The notes beneath the pieces were generated by a model that was given only the letters and a program-made list of their open reading frames with translations, was not told the DNA's origin and searched no databases. Shown piece by piece: positions 16,601 through 32,379 of a stretch of DNA of 64,000 nt. Position numbers and translations under genes: made by a program. Location of the stretch: NCBI RefSeq assembly GCF_009914755.1, contig NC_060943.1; one strand, given 5' to 3'. This DNA is from the human T2T-CHM13v2.0 reference genome, Homo sapiens. The number at the start of each line of letters is the position of its first letter. Position 1 is the first letter of the stretch.

Positions 16601-17683
16601 CGAGAACATGTATTTTTAGTGAGCGATTTTGCAAAACCCCATTTCTAGGCCACAACAGGGCCATCCACACCACCAGCTCTGCTGCAGTGCCCCACCCAAG
16701 CGGCCCTTCCTCCAGGCTTGACTTGGCCTCCTTCTAAGCCACCTGGCAGGTGCGATCAGAGAGGCCTGTCCCACAGGGCAGGAAGGGAGAACACAGGTTC
16801 CAAGAAGGCCTAGGACAGTTGCTCGTGTTCTGGGGTGTAAGTGGGCAATGTGTGTGCAGAGGGAAGGCAGGGAAGCCATGGGGAGTCCGGCAGTGGTTCC
16901 TGGACACAGGTAAATGGGAGAGGGGACATTGCCAATCAGAAGTCAAGACCAGAGTTCAGTCAAGGGAAAAGTCTGAGTCCAGGCTGTTTGGAAATGGTCG
17001 TAAGTCCAGCACAAGAAATCTTCAGCCCATGGGAAGTCCTGGGGCTTGGGCTGGTGTCCATGGTGCAGATCCCGGGGTGCAGAAGCAGAGTCAGAGCAGG
17101 GCTGAGGCGTCTAAACCTCCATTCGGAGCCCTGACTTCACCTAGAGCACACAGGGTGAGGTCCTGCCAGACACTGGTGGCTGGGTCCCAGAAAGAAAGTT
17201 CTAGTTAGTACCTGAAGTCTCCTGAGGATAGGAGGGAGGTGGCTGGGGCAGGGAGGCTGAGGTACATATACCCAACAGAAAATGGGGCAATGGCGTCTGT
17301 AAAATCTCTTTAGCAGCTGAACCTACATGGTTCAAACTTTAGAGGTTTAAAAAGAAGCAAATTTGGAAGGCTATAAAAGATACACAGGCCACTTAATCAA
17401 TGGCTTCACCTTCAAGTGGGGGCAGTAGCCACCTTCTTTGGATTCCAGGTGCCTAGTCCAAGTTCCTTGGAGGGGAATCTTCCCTCCCCACCCCCTACCC
17501 CACTGAGCTCCCTGGGGAAACAGCATGAAGCCCACTGGAGGGCCATTTTTCTCAGTAGGGGAGGTTAGCACTCTCCTGGTGCCCAGATGTGACTCTGCCA
17601 AAAGGCTTCTGAAAAAGACAGGACAAAAAGCAGACAGCGGGGCAGGGGCTCCTACTCACTACCCCTTTAAAGTCATAATATAT

Positions 17684-18394
<711 letters not shown>

Positions 18395-18894
18395 CCAATG
18401 AGCGGTCTTCTCTTCTCTCTTCTCCCTGTGTAGCTGTGGAGTCACATTGTTGGCCAAGTGGATCAGGAGAATACCTTGCTCCAGCCAAAGAAGCCATTTT
18501 ACATAGACACCAGTTCCTAATGAGTATGTGAACCTTCCAGAAACTGTCAAGGGAAAGCCAGGATCGTAATGGCCAGAGGATCCCCCACAAGGACCAAGGC
18601 CTTCTGCCACCTTCCCCTGCTCATCCTATCACCCGCCAGGAGATGAAAGGCTGGTGCCGAGTCTGCAGGCAGGGGGCCACAGGGTGAGCAAGGGGTGGGG
18701 CAGGCTCCAGCTTTGAACCCTACCTAGGCCATCTCTACCCATCAGGAGAGCAGACACAGAGCCTGAAATGTGTTCCCCTGGTCTCCCCAAATGCCACCCC
18801 CAAGCCCAGGAGCTCCACAAGTGGGGAAGAAGATCTCTAGGAAGCCCACCTCTCAGCTGCCTAGTATGCTGGGAAGAGCAGTAGGCCAAGAGTC

Positions 18895-19035
18895 AAAAGA
18901 CATGGCATCTGTAGGTCACCTCCTCAATGTGTAAGCTGGGATCTCAGGGCAAGTTACTTCACCTCCTGGTGGCTTAATTTCTAATCTCTAGTGTATCAAC
19001 ACTCCCGAATTGGGTGATTATAGAGATCAATGAAA
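18895..19035 (+). mobile_element. MIR
   Basis: gggcaagttacttcacctc core. Confidence 0.6.
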
Positions 19036-19038
19036 TCA

Positions 19039-19363
<325 letters not shown>

Positions 19364-19365
19364 AG

Positions 19366-19758
<393 letters not shown>

Positions 19759-19844
19759 TAATTTTGTAAGTATTTCACAAAGATCAATAACTAGGAAGAA
19801 AAATCTTCCCCACTCACTTTTTTTTTTTTTAAGATGAATTAGTA

Positions 19845-20060
19845 TTTTGGAAAGAATATGGGCCTAAAGTCAGGGGAAAAAAAACAAGCTAAGTAGAATA
19901 GTTCCTGCTACTACCTAAGATCTCAGGCAAGTGAACTGTTTTCTTCAAAGCTTCAATTTCTTCATCTAAAATATGAGGGAATGAATCCTACCTTGTAATG
20001 TGGCTGTGAAGAACAAGATGTTACTAGGTCAAGTGCTTTAAATAAGGGCCTGGAAGAGAA
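19845..20060 (+). mobile_element. MIR
   Basis: ggcaagtgaac…caatttcttcatctaaaatatgaggg core. Confidence 0.55.
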
Positions 20061-20443
20061 TGGTAACAGTTACAGTAGCTTATTAAATGAATCTGCAGAT
20101 GGAGATAAGAATGACGCCTAACTCTTGATGTTATAAAGATTCCCAGAGTTGTAAACTTGTAAACTGTTTAGCAGAGTCCCCTCTCATTTTCAACTGTTAA
20201 GCAGTTTTTCAAAGGAAAATAGAGTTTCAGCCATCCAGTTGTAGGGGTACTACTACTTTATAATTACATGAAAATCATATTTTTCATCTATGAGCAAGGG
20301 GTTTATCATCTGAAAATTTTAATGATGAAGGCATCTATTTTACAATCTCTGCAGAATTATCTGCTTTCTCTCCCAGTGTGCTAAAGATTACTCCATTAGT
20401 GAGATTCATGGCTAAGATTTCTCTTCTGAGTCAAACATCATAA

Positions 20444-21014
<571 letters not shown>

Positions 21015-21470
21015 TCTGCAGTAATTTTTTTAATCAGGAAGAAAATGAGGCTGTCCACAGCCTCTCAAAGACTCCTTCCCTGAGAGGGGAGAGGCAGTAG
21101 TGCAAGTTCATTCCTCAATGCTAAGCAAAGAGAGTCTTATTCCCGAATGTTATTTGATTCATGATTCAAGCTAAATGGGGTATGAAACTAAAGGTGGATC
21201 CTCTCCAAATACCCACAGGTGACATGGTCCAGGTACAGCCAACTCCTAGGGAAAGGTGTCTGGAAAAGGGATACCACACTGAGGTTCTCACACAGGCAGC
21301 TTCCTCAGCTGAGAGGGGACACAGAGGTGTTCAAGGGAAAGGCTACCTGCTGAAGAGGAAGAGAAGCCTTGGCAGGGGGCACCCCTGATCTCCCAGACAA
21401 CAGATTCTGGTGTCACAGATTGTCACTCCCTGGCCGATTCCTGAACCAGGCCCAACGAACTGTCCTTACC

Positions 21471-22003
21471 TCTGCATCCACTCCCAGCGCCCCACTGCAA
21501 TGCCGTGCACACGCTCTGCCCTTCTGCATCCACTCCCGTCTCCCCACTGCAATGCAATGCACATGCCCTGCCCTTCTGCATCCACTCCTGTCTCCCCACT
21601 GCAATGCCGTGCACACGCCCCTGCCCTTCTGCATCCACTCCTGGCACCCCCACTGCAATGCCATGCACACGCTCTGCCCTTTTGCATCCACTCCCGGTGC
21701 CCCACTGCAAAGCGATGCACATGCCCTGCCCTTCTGCATCCACTCCTGGCACCCCCACTGCAATGCTGTGCACACGCCCTGCCCGTCTGCATCCACCACA
21801 GGCTCCCCACTGCAATGCGATGCACACACCCTGCCCTTCTGCATCCACTCCTGGCACCCCCACTGCAATGCCGTGCACATGCCCCTGCCCTTTTGCATCC
21901 ACTCCCGTCTCCCCACTGCAATGCCGTGCACACACCCTGCCCTTCTGCATCCACTCCCGGTGCCCCACTGCAATGCTGTGCATAAACTCTGCTCTTCTGC
22001 ATC
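21471..22003. repeat. Minisatellite/VNTR, 10 units of 52-54 bp plus a partial unit
   Basis: Unit starts (tYtgcatc) at 21471, 21523, 21575, 21628, 21681, 21733, 21786, 21838, 21892, 21944, 21996; consensus approx. tctgcatccactcc(N5-6)ccccactgcaatgccgtgcacacgccctgccct. Confidence 0.97.
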
Positions 22004-22099
22004 TGCAGCTCCCTTGCCAGAAATGCCTGGCTGTTTTCTATTCCTCTGCAGATACCTTTTCACATTCTTAGAGCTGGCTGAAATGTCACCAGCACCAGA

Positions 22100-22200
22100 A
22101 GGTGAGCTCCATGGTTTTGTCTTCTTCAGCATAGAACCCACTGTGCCTCAAACAACACCTGGCACAGAGTAGGTGCCCAATACATATTTGAGGAAGGCCA
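22100..22200 (+). mobile_element. L2 3' end
   Basis: acacctggcacagagtaggtgcccaatacatatttg matches the L2 terminus. Confidence 0.7.
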
Positions 22201-22597
22201 ACAGGAAGGAGCAAACAGACTCTCCAGGAAGAGCAAGTCGCTCAGTGGTCAGGTTCCTGGGTCTTGGGGACAGTGCATGCTCATTGATTTGGGGTCCTCT
22301 CTGTGCATGTCTGCCTCTCTCTGGAGCTGTGAACTCCACCAGCTTCTGTTAGTATAGATGGCTCAGTGGACAAGAAGAGTGTGACCCTGTCTTTGAGCTG
22401 ATATATGAAAATGAGTGGCTTCACAAGTATCCAGGACCTAGTTGATATGATTTAATGCAAGTCAGAAGAACACGTTTCTACTAACCACCACTGATAGTGG
22501 CCAATTCATGTGGTCACATTAGAAAGATCCATCCTTCTGCCACTCAAATATTTCTTTTGTCATTGTTGGCATGGCAGATCTTTTTCGATCTTTGTAC

Positions 22598-22953
<356 letters not shown>

Positions 22954-23041
22954 TAGTTGGATTTTGGTTATTTATGCAGTATGACAATTTTTGTAGTTTG
23001 ATGGCAGTATTTAGTCTATTTACATTTCATCTAATTACTTA

Positions 23042-23526
<485 letters not shown>

Positions 23527-23550
23527 TCATTTCCCCCTTTTTTAGCTTGT

Positions 23551-23693
23551 TAGTGATTATATATATATATATATAGTGATTATATATATAGTGATTATAT
23601 ATATATATAATATATATATATTTATATATATTATATATATATAATATATATATTTATATATATTATATATATATAATATATATATATATATAT
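23551..23693. repeat. Interrupted (TA)n tract
   Basis: About 140 bp of TA repeats with three tagtgat interruptions. Confidence 0.95.
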
Positions 23694-23735
23694 TTTTTTT
23701 TTTTTACCATTCCTTTACTAGTTATGCTATAGTTA

Positions 23736-24130
23736 TGCTATGGACTGGACTGCATTCCCCCAAAATTCATATGTGAAGGCCTAATCCCCAGTGTGACTGT
23801 ATTTGGAGATAAGGCCTTTATGGATGTCATTAAAGTTAAATGAGGTCACAAGGATAGGGCCCTGGTCCAATAGGATTAACGTCCTTATAAGAAGGGGCTC
23901 CAGAGAGCACGCTCTGTCCCGACCTTCATCTCCCCTCTCTCTGCCACATGAGGACACAGCAAGGAGGTGGACATCTGCAAGTCAGAACAAGAGCCCTCCC
24001 CAGAATCTGATCTTGCTGGGATTCACATCTTGGACTTCCCAGCCTCTAGAATTGTGAAAAGTAAATTTCTGTTGTTTAAGCCACCCAGTCTGTGGTATTT
24101 TGTTAATGCATCCCAAGAAAACTAAGATCA
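23736..24130 (+). mobile_element. MaLR solo LTR (MLT1A/B-like)
   Basis: tgctatggactg…aaaattcatatgtgaagg…ggacttcccagcctctagaattgtga…actaagatca. Confidence 0.88.
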
Positions 24131-24282
24131 TGAGATGCATCCTTAACTTATTAAAATCTAAAATTAATGAGTAATTTTTACCATTTAGTCAACAATGCAA
24201 GGACCTTAACATGGCTTATAACCCTCTATTTACTCCCTCTCACTTTTTTTTCTATTGTAATGCATTTTAATTCTTATGTACA

Positions 24283-24541
<259 letters not shown>

Positions 24542-25467
24542 GGAAGAAAAATTGTATATTTGGTTAAAAATAAAACCGGAAAAAACATTATTTTTGTCAA
24601 TCTTCATTAAGATTTATCCATTTATTTACCCTCTCTGCTGCATATTACATTCCATTCCTTCCTGCCTTTCTAAAGTTCCATCTGTCATTTTCTTTCTGCC
24701 TGAAATATTTCCTTTAGTATTTCTTTTAGTGCACAGTTACTAATGACAAGTGCTCTCATTTTTGTCCATTTAAAAATATCCTCATTTGACTTGCATTCTT
24801 AATAAGTATTTTTACTGGTTATAGAATTCTAGATTGGCTTTTCAACACTAAAATGTCATTCCACTGGCTTCTGGCTTCCATGGTTCCTGTTGAAAAGTTA
24901 GCTGTCAGTCTTATTGTAGTTCCAGTAAGGGTAATCTGTCATTTTAGTTGGATGCATTTAAGATTATCTCTCTCTTATTATTTTGTTTTCAATAGTTTTA
25001 CTGTAATGTGCCTATGAGTGATTTTCTCTGTATTCATAATACTACAATACTGCAGGGCTTCTTGGATCTGTGATTCATGTCTTTCATCAATTTTGGGGAA
25101 TTCCTGGCCATTATCTATTCAAATATTGCTTCTGTTTTATTATCTCTCTCCTTTTCCTCTTCTTCTGGGACTTCAATTATACTTATGATAGTATTATGTT
25201 CAATATGTGATATACCATTTCTGTATTTTCCATCTATTTGTCTCTGTTTTCAGTCCAAATAGTTTCTTCTGATGTATCTTTCAAATCACTAATTATCTCT
25301 TCATCTGTGTCTAAGATGCTTTAAATTCATCTAATGTGTCCTTAATTTCAGTTATATTTTTTGGTTATAGAACATCCATTGATTCTTTTTTATATATTTC
25401 CATTCTCAATTGAAATTCTCCACTTTGTCTTTTGTCTCCTTGAATTATCAATCAGAGGTTATTCTAA

Positions 25468-25992
<525 letters not shown>

Positions 25993-26369
25993 TGAACAAA
26001 TGCTGCATGTTTTGTATGAAAAATTGTAGAACCAATGTGATGCTGTAGATGATGGTATCTTTCTCCAGAGAGTTTATTTTGCTTTTGTCAAGCAGTTAGT
26101 ATAGAGGCAGAGCATCTTAATCTGATTTGAATAAAAGCTGAATCTTTTTTGAGAGTTGATCAGAGGCTGTAACCAAAAGCCTAGGGTATTACCAGAGCCT
26201 TTCTGAGACTGCCAAAGCTTTGCCCAGCTTCTTAGCCTTTAAATCACTGCTCCTAGAAGCAAATGCCTGGAGGGGAAGAACAGTGCCAAATGTTAGGCTC
26301 ATCTTTCTAGGCTTCCCTTTCTCTAGGATCTTCCCCTCTCAAGTCCTCACTGTCTGGATAGCTCTCTGA

Positions 26370-26709
<340 letters not shown>

Positions 26710-27304
26710 TAACTGTTCCAGTTGTTTAAGGTGGGAAGTTTCATTTGATCCAGACTGGCGTTCCAGAGCCAGAAGAAGAGATCTCAACTGTTCCTTTAGC
26801 ATAATTCCTCACCTATAATGATGGTTAGCATAAAAATTAAGGTTTAGGGTATTGGCTTTGAATTCATAAATTCCATCTGGGTGGGTTTAAAAAGTATAAG
26901 TTGGTTAAACTGGTTGGAAAGAGTGGAAAATTATAGTTCTCTGTTAAGATAAATTGTTCTAACTAAATTAGTATAAGAAGCGTTTGAGCAGTCACTGGAA
27001 ACATACAATACATCCCAGTTAACTTTCCGGTACTTTTTCTCTTAGTGAAGTATACGTTTGTTTTATAGCAGCAAGAATTAGGGATGCTTCTAGCCTTCTC
27101 AGCCTTCTGTCAGGCTCTGGGTCATCTTGTAGTATGCTTGTTAGGTCCCTAAGAAGACACTGTGTTTGCCTCTCTGTTTATGCCTCAGGTAAACCCATTC
27201 AATAAACATATAGCAATCACATTTAAAGATTCTCATCTTACTTATCCAAAAGTTTCAGAAATTGTCCTTTTAAAGTACAAACATCCATAAAAACCGAGAA
27301 GATG

Positions 27305-27608
27305 GGCCGGGTGTGGTGGTTCACGCCTATAATCCCAGCACTTTGGGAGGCCGAGACGAGCAGATCACCTGAGGTCAGGACTTTGAGACCAGCCTGGCCA
27401 ACATGGCAAAACCCTGTCTCTACTAAAAATACAAAAAAATTAGCCAGCCATGGTGGCGCATGCCTCTAATCCCAGCTACTTGGGAAGCTGAGGCAACAGA
27501 ATCACTTGAACCGGGAAGTGAAGGTTGCAGTGAGCCAAGATCGTGCCACTGCGCTCCAACCTGGGTGACAGAGGGGGACTCTGTCTCAAAAAAAAAAAAA
27601 AAAAAAAA
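27305..27608 (+). mobile_element. Alu (AluSx-like)
   Basis: Full dimer with poly-A. Confidence 0.95.
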
Positions 27609-28278
27609 TCCCTGAGAAGAAGAAAAGAATAAACAGAACACACACACAAATAATTTTGCACAGCAGAGTGGAGAGGTGATACAGCCAGCCACTTGTCAAA
27701 TAACTACAGCTGTTGCAAGCTTGATCTTGGCAGGTTGTTCATGCCACATGGGGAAAAGGGCCTTCAAAGCACAAAGTTCGACCCATTCTGGCAGAGTATC
27801 AGGATGAACTAGTTAACCTGAAGGCCAGGCTGCATGCTGGACAAGAACAGCTGGGAAGGCTGAGGGCATCTACTGCAGGCACTCACGTTTTGAAGCACAA
27901 GTAGGTTTTATTACCAAGGCTGTGCATAGCCACCAGCGAAAGTATAGGTAAGGCTGCTTAGTGAACTGCTTTGGGAACTGAATGAGCAGAAACGAATCTG
28001 TGAGCCCTAGAGACTATCCTCTAAAAAGGCCATGGACTGATTGTATGATAATGTTTGGGCCTCTGAACACAAGTGGGAGATTCAAGACCAGCCACTCAAA
28101 TCAGATTGCTTCAGTTAATAAAATAAGGGACAATGACAGGAAGTACATGGTGTGGGGGCTGGTCCTCTCAACTCCTTGGAGAGACACACAGAAGAAAAAA
28201 AATGGTTTTAGCTAGGCTATAATCACAGAATCTGTTAGGACTAAACGGATCCTCCTTGTAGATAGAGTCTAACGTTAA

Positions 28279-28804
<526 letters not shown>

Positions 28805-29509
28805 TGAAGGGACACATGAGAAGGGGTATCTGCAAAGTGCACTGAGTCTCCATTGTCCTGAGCCCCAGCCCAGGCAATTCAGCCAGACTCCAATAGCAGT
28901 TCAAAAGTTTCAGAACACTCTGAAAAAACAATTTAAACATGATATGAAATATAGAGAATAACAGAATGACCCACCATGTACACATTACTAATGCCCCATC
29001 ATTTTCCCATCTATATCTTCACACACTTCCCTTGCCCCATCTAAAACTACTTACACACAAATCCCAGATATCCTATCATTCCCTCTAAATATTTTATCCT
29101 GTATTTTCAGAAGATAATTTTAAAAATACCACCATAATATTACCGTTTCTAAAAAATTTAAGAAGACTTTTAAAATATCAAATATCCCATCAGTATTGAA
29201 ATTCACAAGTGTCCTAAAAACGTTAGTTTTTTTTTCTTTTTATCATTTGTTTGATTCAGAATCTAAATGTGATTATTTTCCTTGCAATTCATTATTGAAG
29301 AACTGGGTCGTTTATCCTGCGGTTTTACAAGAGCTGGATTGTTTTGATTATGTCCCCATAGTGCTGTTTAACATGTTCCCCTGCAGTTTTCATTTCATGT
29401 AAATTAGTACAGGAGTCCCCCCCCATCCTCCAGGATATATTCCAAGACCCCCAGTGGCTGCCTGAAATCATGGACAATAGCAAACCCTACATACTGTAGA
29501 GTATGTTTC

Positions 29510-29512
<3 letters not shown>

Positions 29513-29558
<46 letters not shown>
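29513..29558. repeat. Perfect (AT)n microsatellite inside MER44
   Basis: About 23 AT units. Confidence 0.95.
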
Positions 29559-29561
<3 letters not shown>

Positions 29562-29789
29562 TGATAAAGTTTAATTTATAAACTAGGCACAGTAAAAGAT
29601 TAACAACAGTAACTAGGCACAGCAAGAGATTAACAGCAATAACTAATAATAAAATAGAACAATTACAACAATGCACTGTAATAAGAGTTACGTGAATGTG
29701 GATGTAGTAACCCAGACGGGTATTGAGTGACTAATGGGCAGGTGGTATGGACAGTGTAGATACACAAGGGGATGATCGCATCAGGGTGG

Positions 29790-30776
29790 TGGAGTGGCTT
29801 CGTTGTCTGGGGTAAATACTTGAGGTTCATTGCCTCATACCAAGGAAATCAAGGATCCAGATGTATGTGAAATGAGGTTAACAGCGGAGGTTTAATAGGC
29901 AAAAGAAAGAGAAAAGAGAATAGCACTCTCTCCCACAAGAGACGGGGCGGGGGGGAAGGGGCGGGGCGGGGAGGGGCGGGGCGGGGCGGGGGGCCGGCCG
30001 GCAGCCCTGGAGGAGTGCACTGGATTTCATAGATAAGCTTGAGGAGGCGGTGTCCGATTTACATCGGGCCCAAAGATTGGTTGGACTAGGTGTGATGTTT
30101 ACATAACTCGCAGGGAAGCCGGCTACCCCACCCTAATCTTTTTTTTTATTTTAGACAGAGTCTTGCTGTGTTGCCCAGGCTGGAGCGCAGTGGCGCAGTC
30201 TTGGCTCACTGCAACCTCCCAGGTTCAAGCAATTCTCCGGCCTCAGCCTCCCAGGTAGCTGGGATTACAGGCGACCACCACTAGGCCTGGCTAATTTTTG
30301 TATTTTTAATAGAGACGGGGTTTCACCACGTTGGCCAAGCTTGTCTTGAACTCCTGAATGCAGGCGACACCTCCTCCCCCGGCCCTCAGCTTCCCAAAGT
30401 GCTGGGATTATAGGCTTGAGCCACCTCGCCCAGCCCACCCCACCCTAATCTTATTATGTAAATGGGGTCTTTGCTTGGCCGGGGTTATGTTGCCTGCTCC
30501 TTGGTGTACACATGTCTGGCAAAGAGAAGGGAAGATTGAGCCGCCTTTTTGAACATGCCTAGTCCCAGGTAGCCTTTTCCTATTGGCACAGCTGCTGGCA
30601 TTCACCCGTGCAAGCTTCTAGCTTGCTTGTCTATGTCTGCAGCTCGATTTTACAGGCTGCTCTTTGTTAGAAAAGAAAATGATTTGGGGGCTGCTTTCCA
30701 TTAAAAGGAAAACCTTACCAAGGACTTCCTTACCCTCACTATCTGCCTAAATCATTTCTTCTTAACTCCCCTATCA
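29790..30776 (-). mobile_element. ERV1 solo LTR (LTR9/MER61-like)
   Basis: Minus strand begins TGATAGGGGAGTTAAGAAGAAATGATTTAGGCAGATAGTGAGGG and ends CCCCAGACAACGAAGCCACTCCA; 4-bp TSD gtgg at 29786-29789 and 30777-30780. Confidence 0.85.
30139..30435 (-). mobile_element. Alu nested in the LTR
   Basis: TSD accccaccctaatctt on both sides. Confidence 0.95.
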
Positions 30777-31359
30777 GTGGGACAGAGCGGGCCAGCAGGA
30801 GATTTCATTGTGCTATTCAGAATGGCACGAAATTTAAAACTTACAAATTTTTTTTCTGTAATTTTCCATTTACTATTTTTAGACTGCGGTTGACTTGGGT
30901 AACTGAAATCAAAGCAAGACGGTGGGTAGGGGGGACCACTGTGGTTGATCTCAGTGGTCTAGACACCTTTTGGGACCCCTCAGAGCTCCATATATCAAAC
31001 CTGAATCTGATCATTCATGGGGGTTCAGTGGGGCCCCAAGAGATGTCTAGACCACCTCATAGTTGATGCTGAGTTTTTTTATTTCAAGGCATATAATGTG
31101 GGGAAATGGAGTGATCTCTTTTTCTGATGTCAGCAGCCACTGCTAATCGTGCCTACATCCATTCATTCATCAGGGATGCAAAATAGTGATATTCTGTCTA
31201 TTGATTCTTCCTCACTTAATAGCTGGAAATACTTTAGGAGAAATACCCATCTCAGATACCGTGTGGCCACCAAAGCCCAATTTTAACACAATTGTAACCA
31301 AGACAATGCTTTCTCTCCTTACAGTCCTCTGCAGGAGGTTGAGCGACTTTAAGCAAACC

Positions 31360-31650
<291 letters not shown>

Positions 31651-32379
31651 ATTTATTTTCTAGCCAAGAACTGACTGGCAGAGGTGGGCCCGACAGCTGT
31701 GGGAAACACATTCTTGCCTGGTTCTCTCCCGGCCAGTCAGCTGAAGCAGAGGCCCTGCCTACCCAGAGATTTTCTCAAAGCAGCACGGCTCCAGGGCCTG
31801 CTCTAAAGGTCTGGCCTTTCTCTTTGAAAATGTTTTCTCCTGTAATTAAGGGATTTTCTAACTTGAGCAATAGATTAAAATTCATCAAAATTATATTTTC
31901 AGAAAGCCATAAACCTGAAGCTACTAAGGTCTGGCTCCAGGAAATCCTGAATCCAGGAAGGATGCTCAGCGGGACAGAATTGAAGACAATAGTTCATCAT
32001 CTTTCCTTCCCAGGATCGAGAATATCCCAAGGAAATGCCAAGTAAAAAAGTAAAATCAGCGATTGATTTTGCGTTTGGAGAACTGACCACGTTTCTTGAT
32101 CAAATGCCGATTGCAAGTCTGAGTCAAGGTTGAGCATATAAAGGAATCCTCCCGGGTACCTCCCCTTGGGGTCTTCACATGATGTGATTTTGAAAAACCA
32201 GACTCGGGCGATCAGAGACCTCACTGCGGAGGAAATGAAGGATGCCTCGCTTCCAATACCTGGCTCCCATGAACACTCCCTCGGGTCCCTGCTAGCGCCA
32301 GCCTGAGACAGAGAGCGCTTCCTGTCCTGCTGACTGCAGAAGTTAAACGGAATCTCCACTCCCGGATTGAGGAAAGAAA

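Larger units (their letters stand above)
29410..30941. mobile_element. MER44 (Tigger7-derived) DNA transposon, split by an LTR insertion
   Basis: Terminal inverted repeats caggagtcccccc… / …ggggggaccactg, left TA target, internal ccaagacccccagtggctgcctgaaa and gactgcggttgacttgggtaactgaaa; segments 29410-29789 and 30777-30941. Confidence 0.85.

Noticed and set aside
21471-22003. CRISPR-like array
   Set aside because: Units are contiguous with no unique spacers, there are no cas genes, and the DNA is primate
21369-22172. Long ORFs (178-267 aa) in all six frames, Cys/His-rich, superficially metallothionein- or zinc-finger-like
   Set aside because: They result from a stop-free minisatellite; unit lengths of 52-54 bp shift frame, and all frames are open equally
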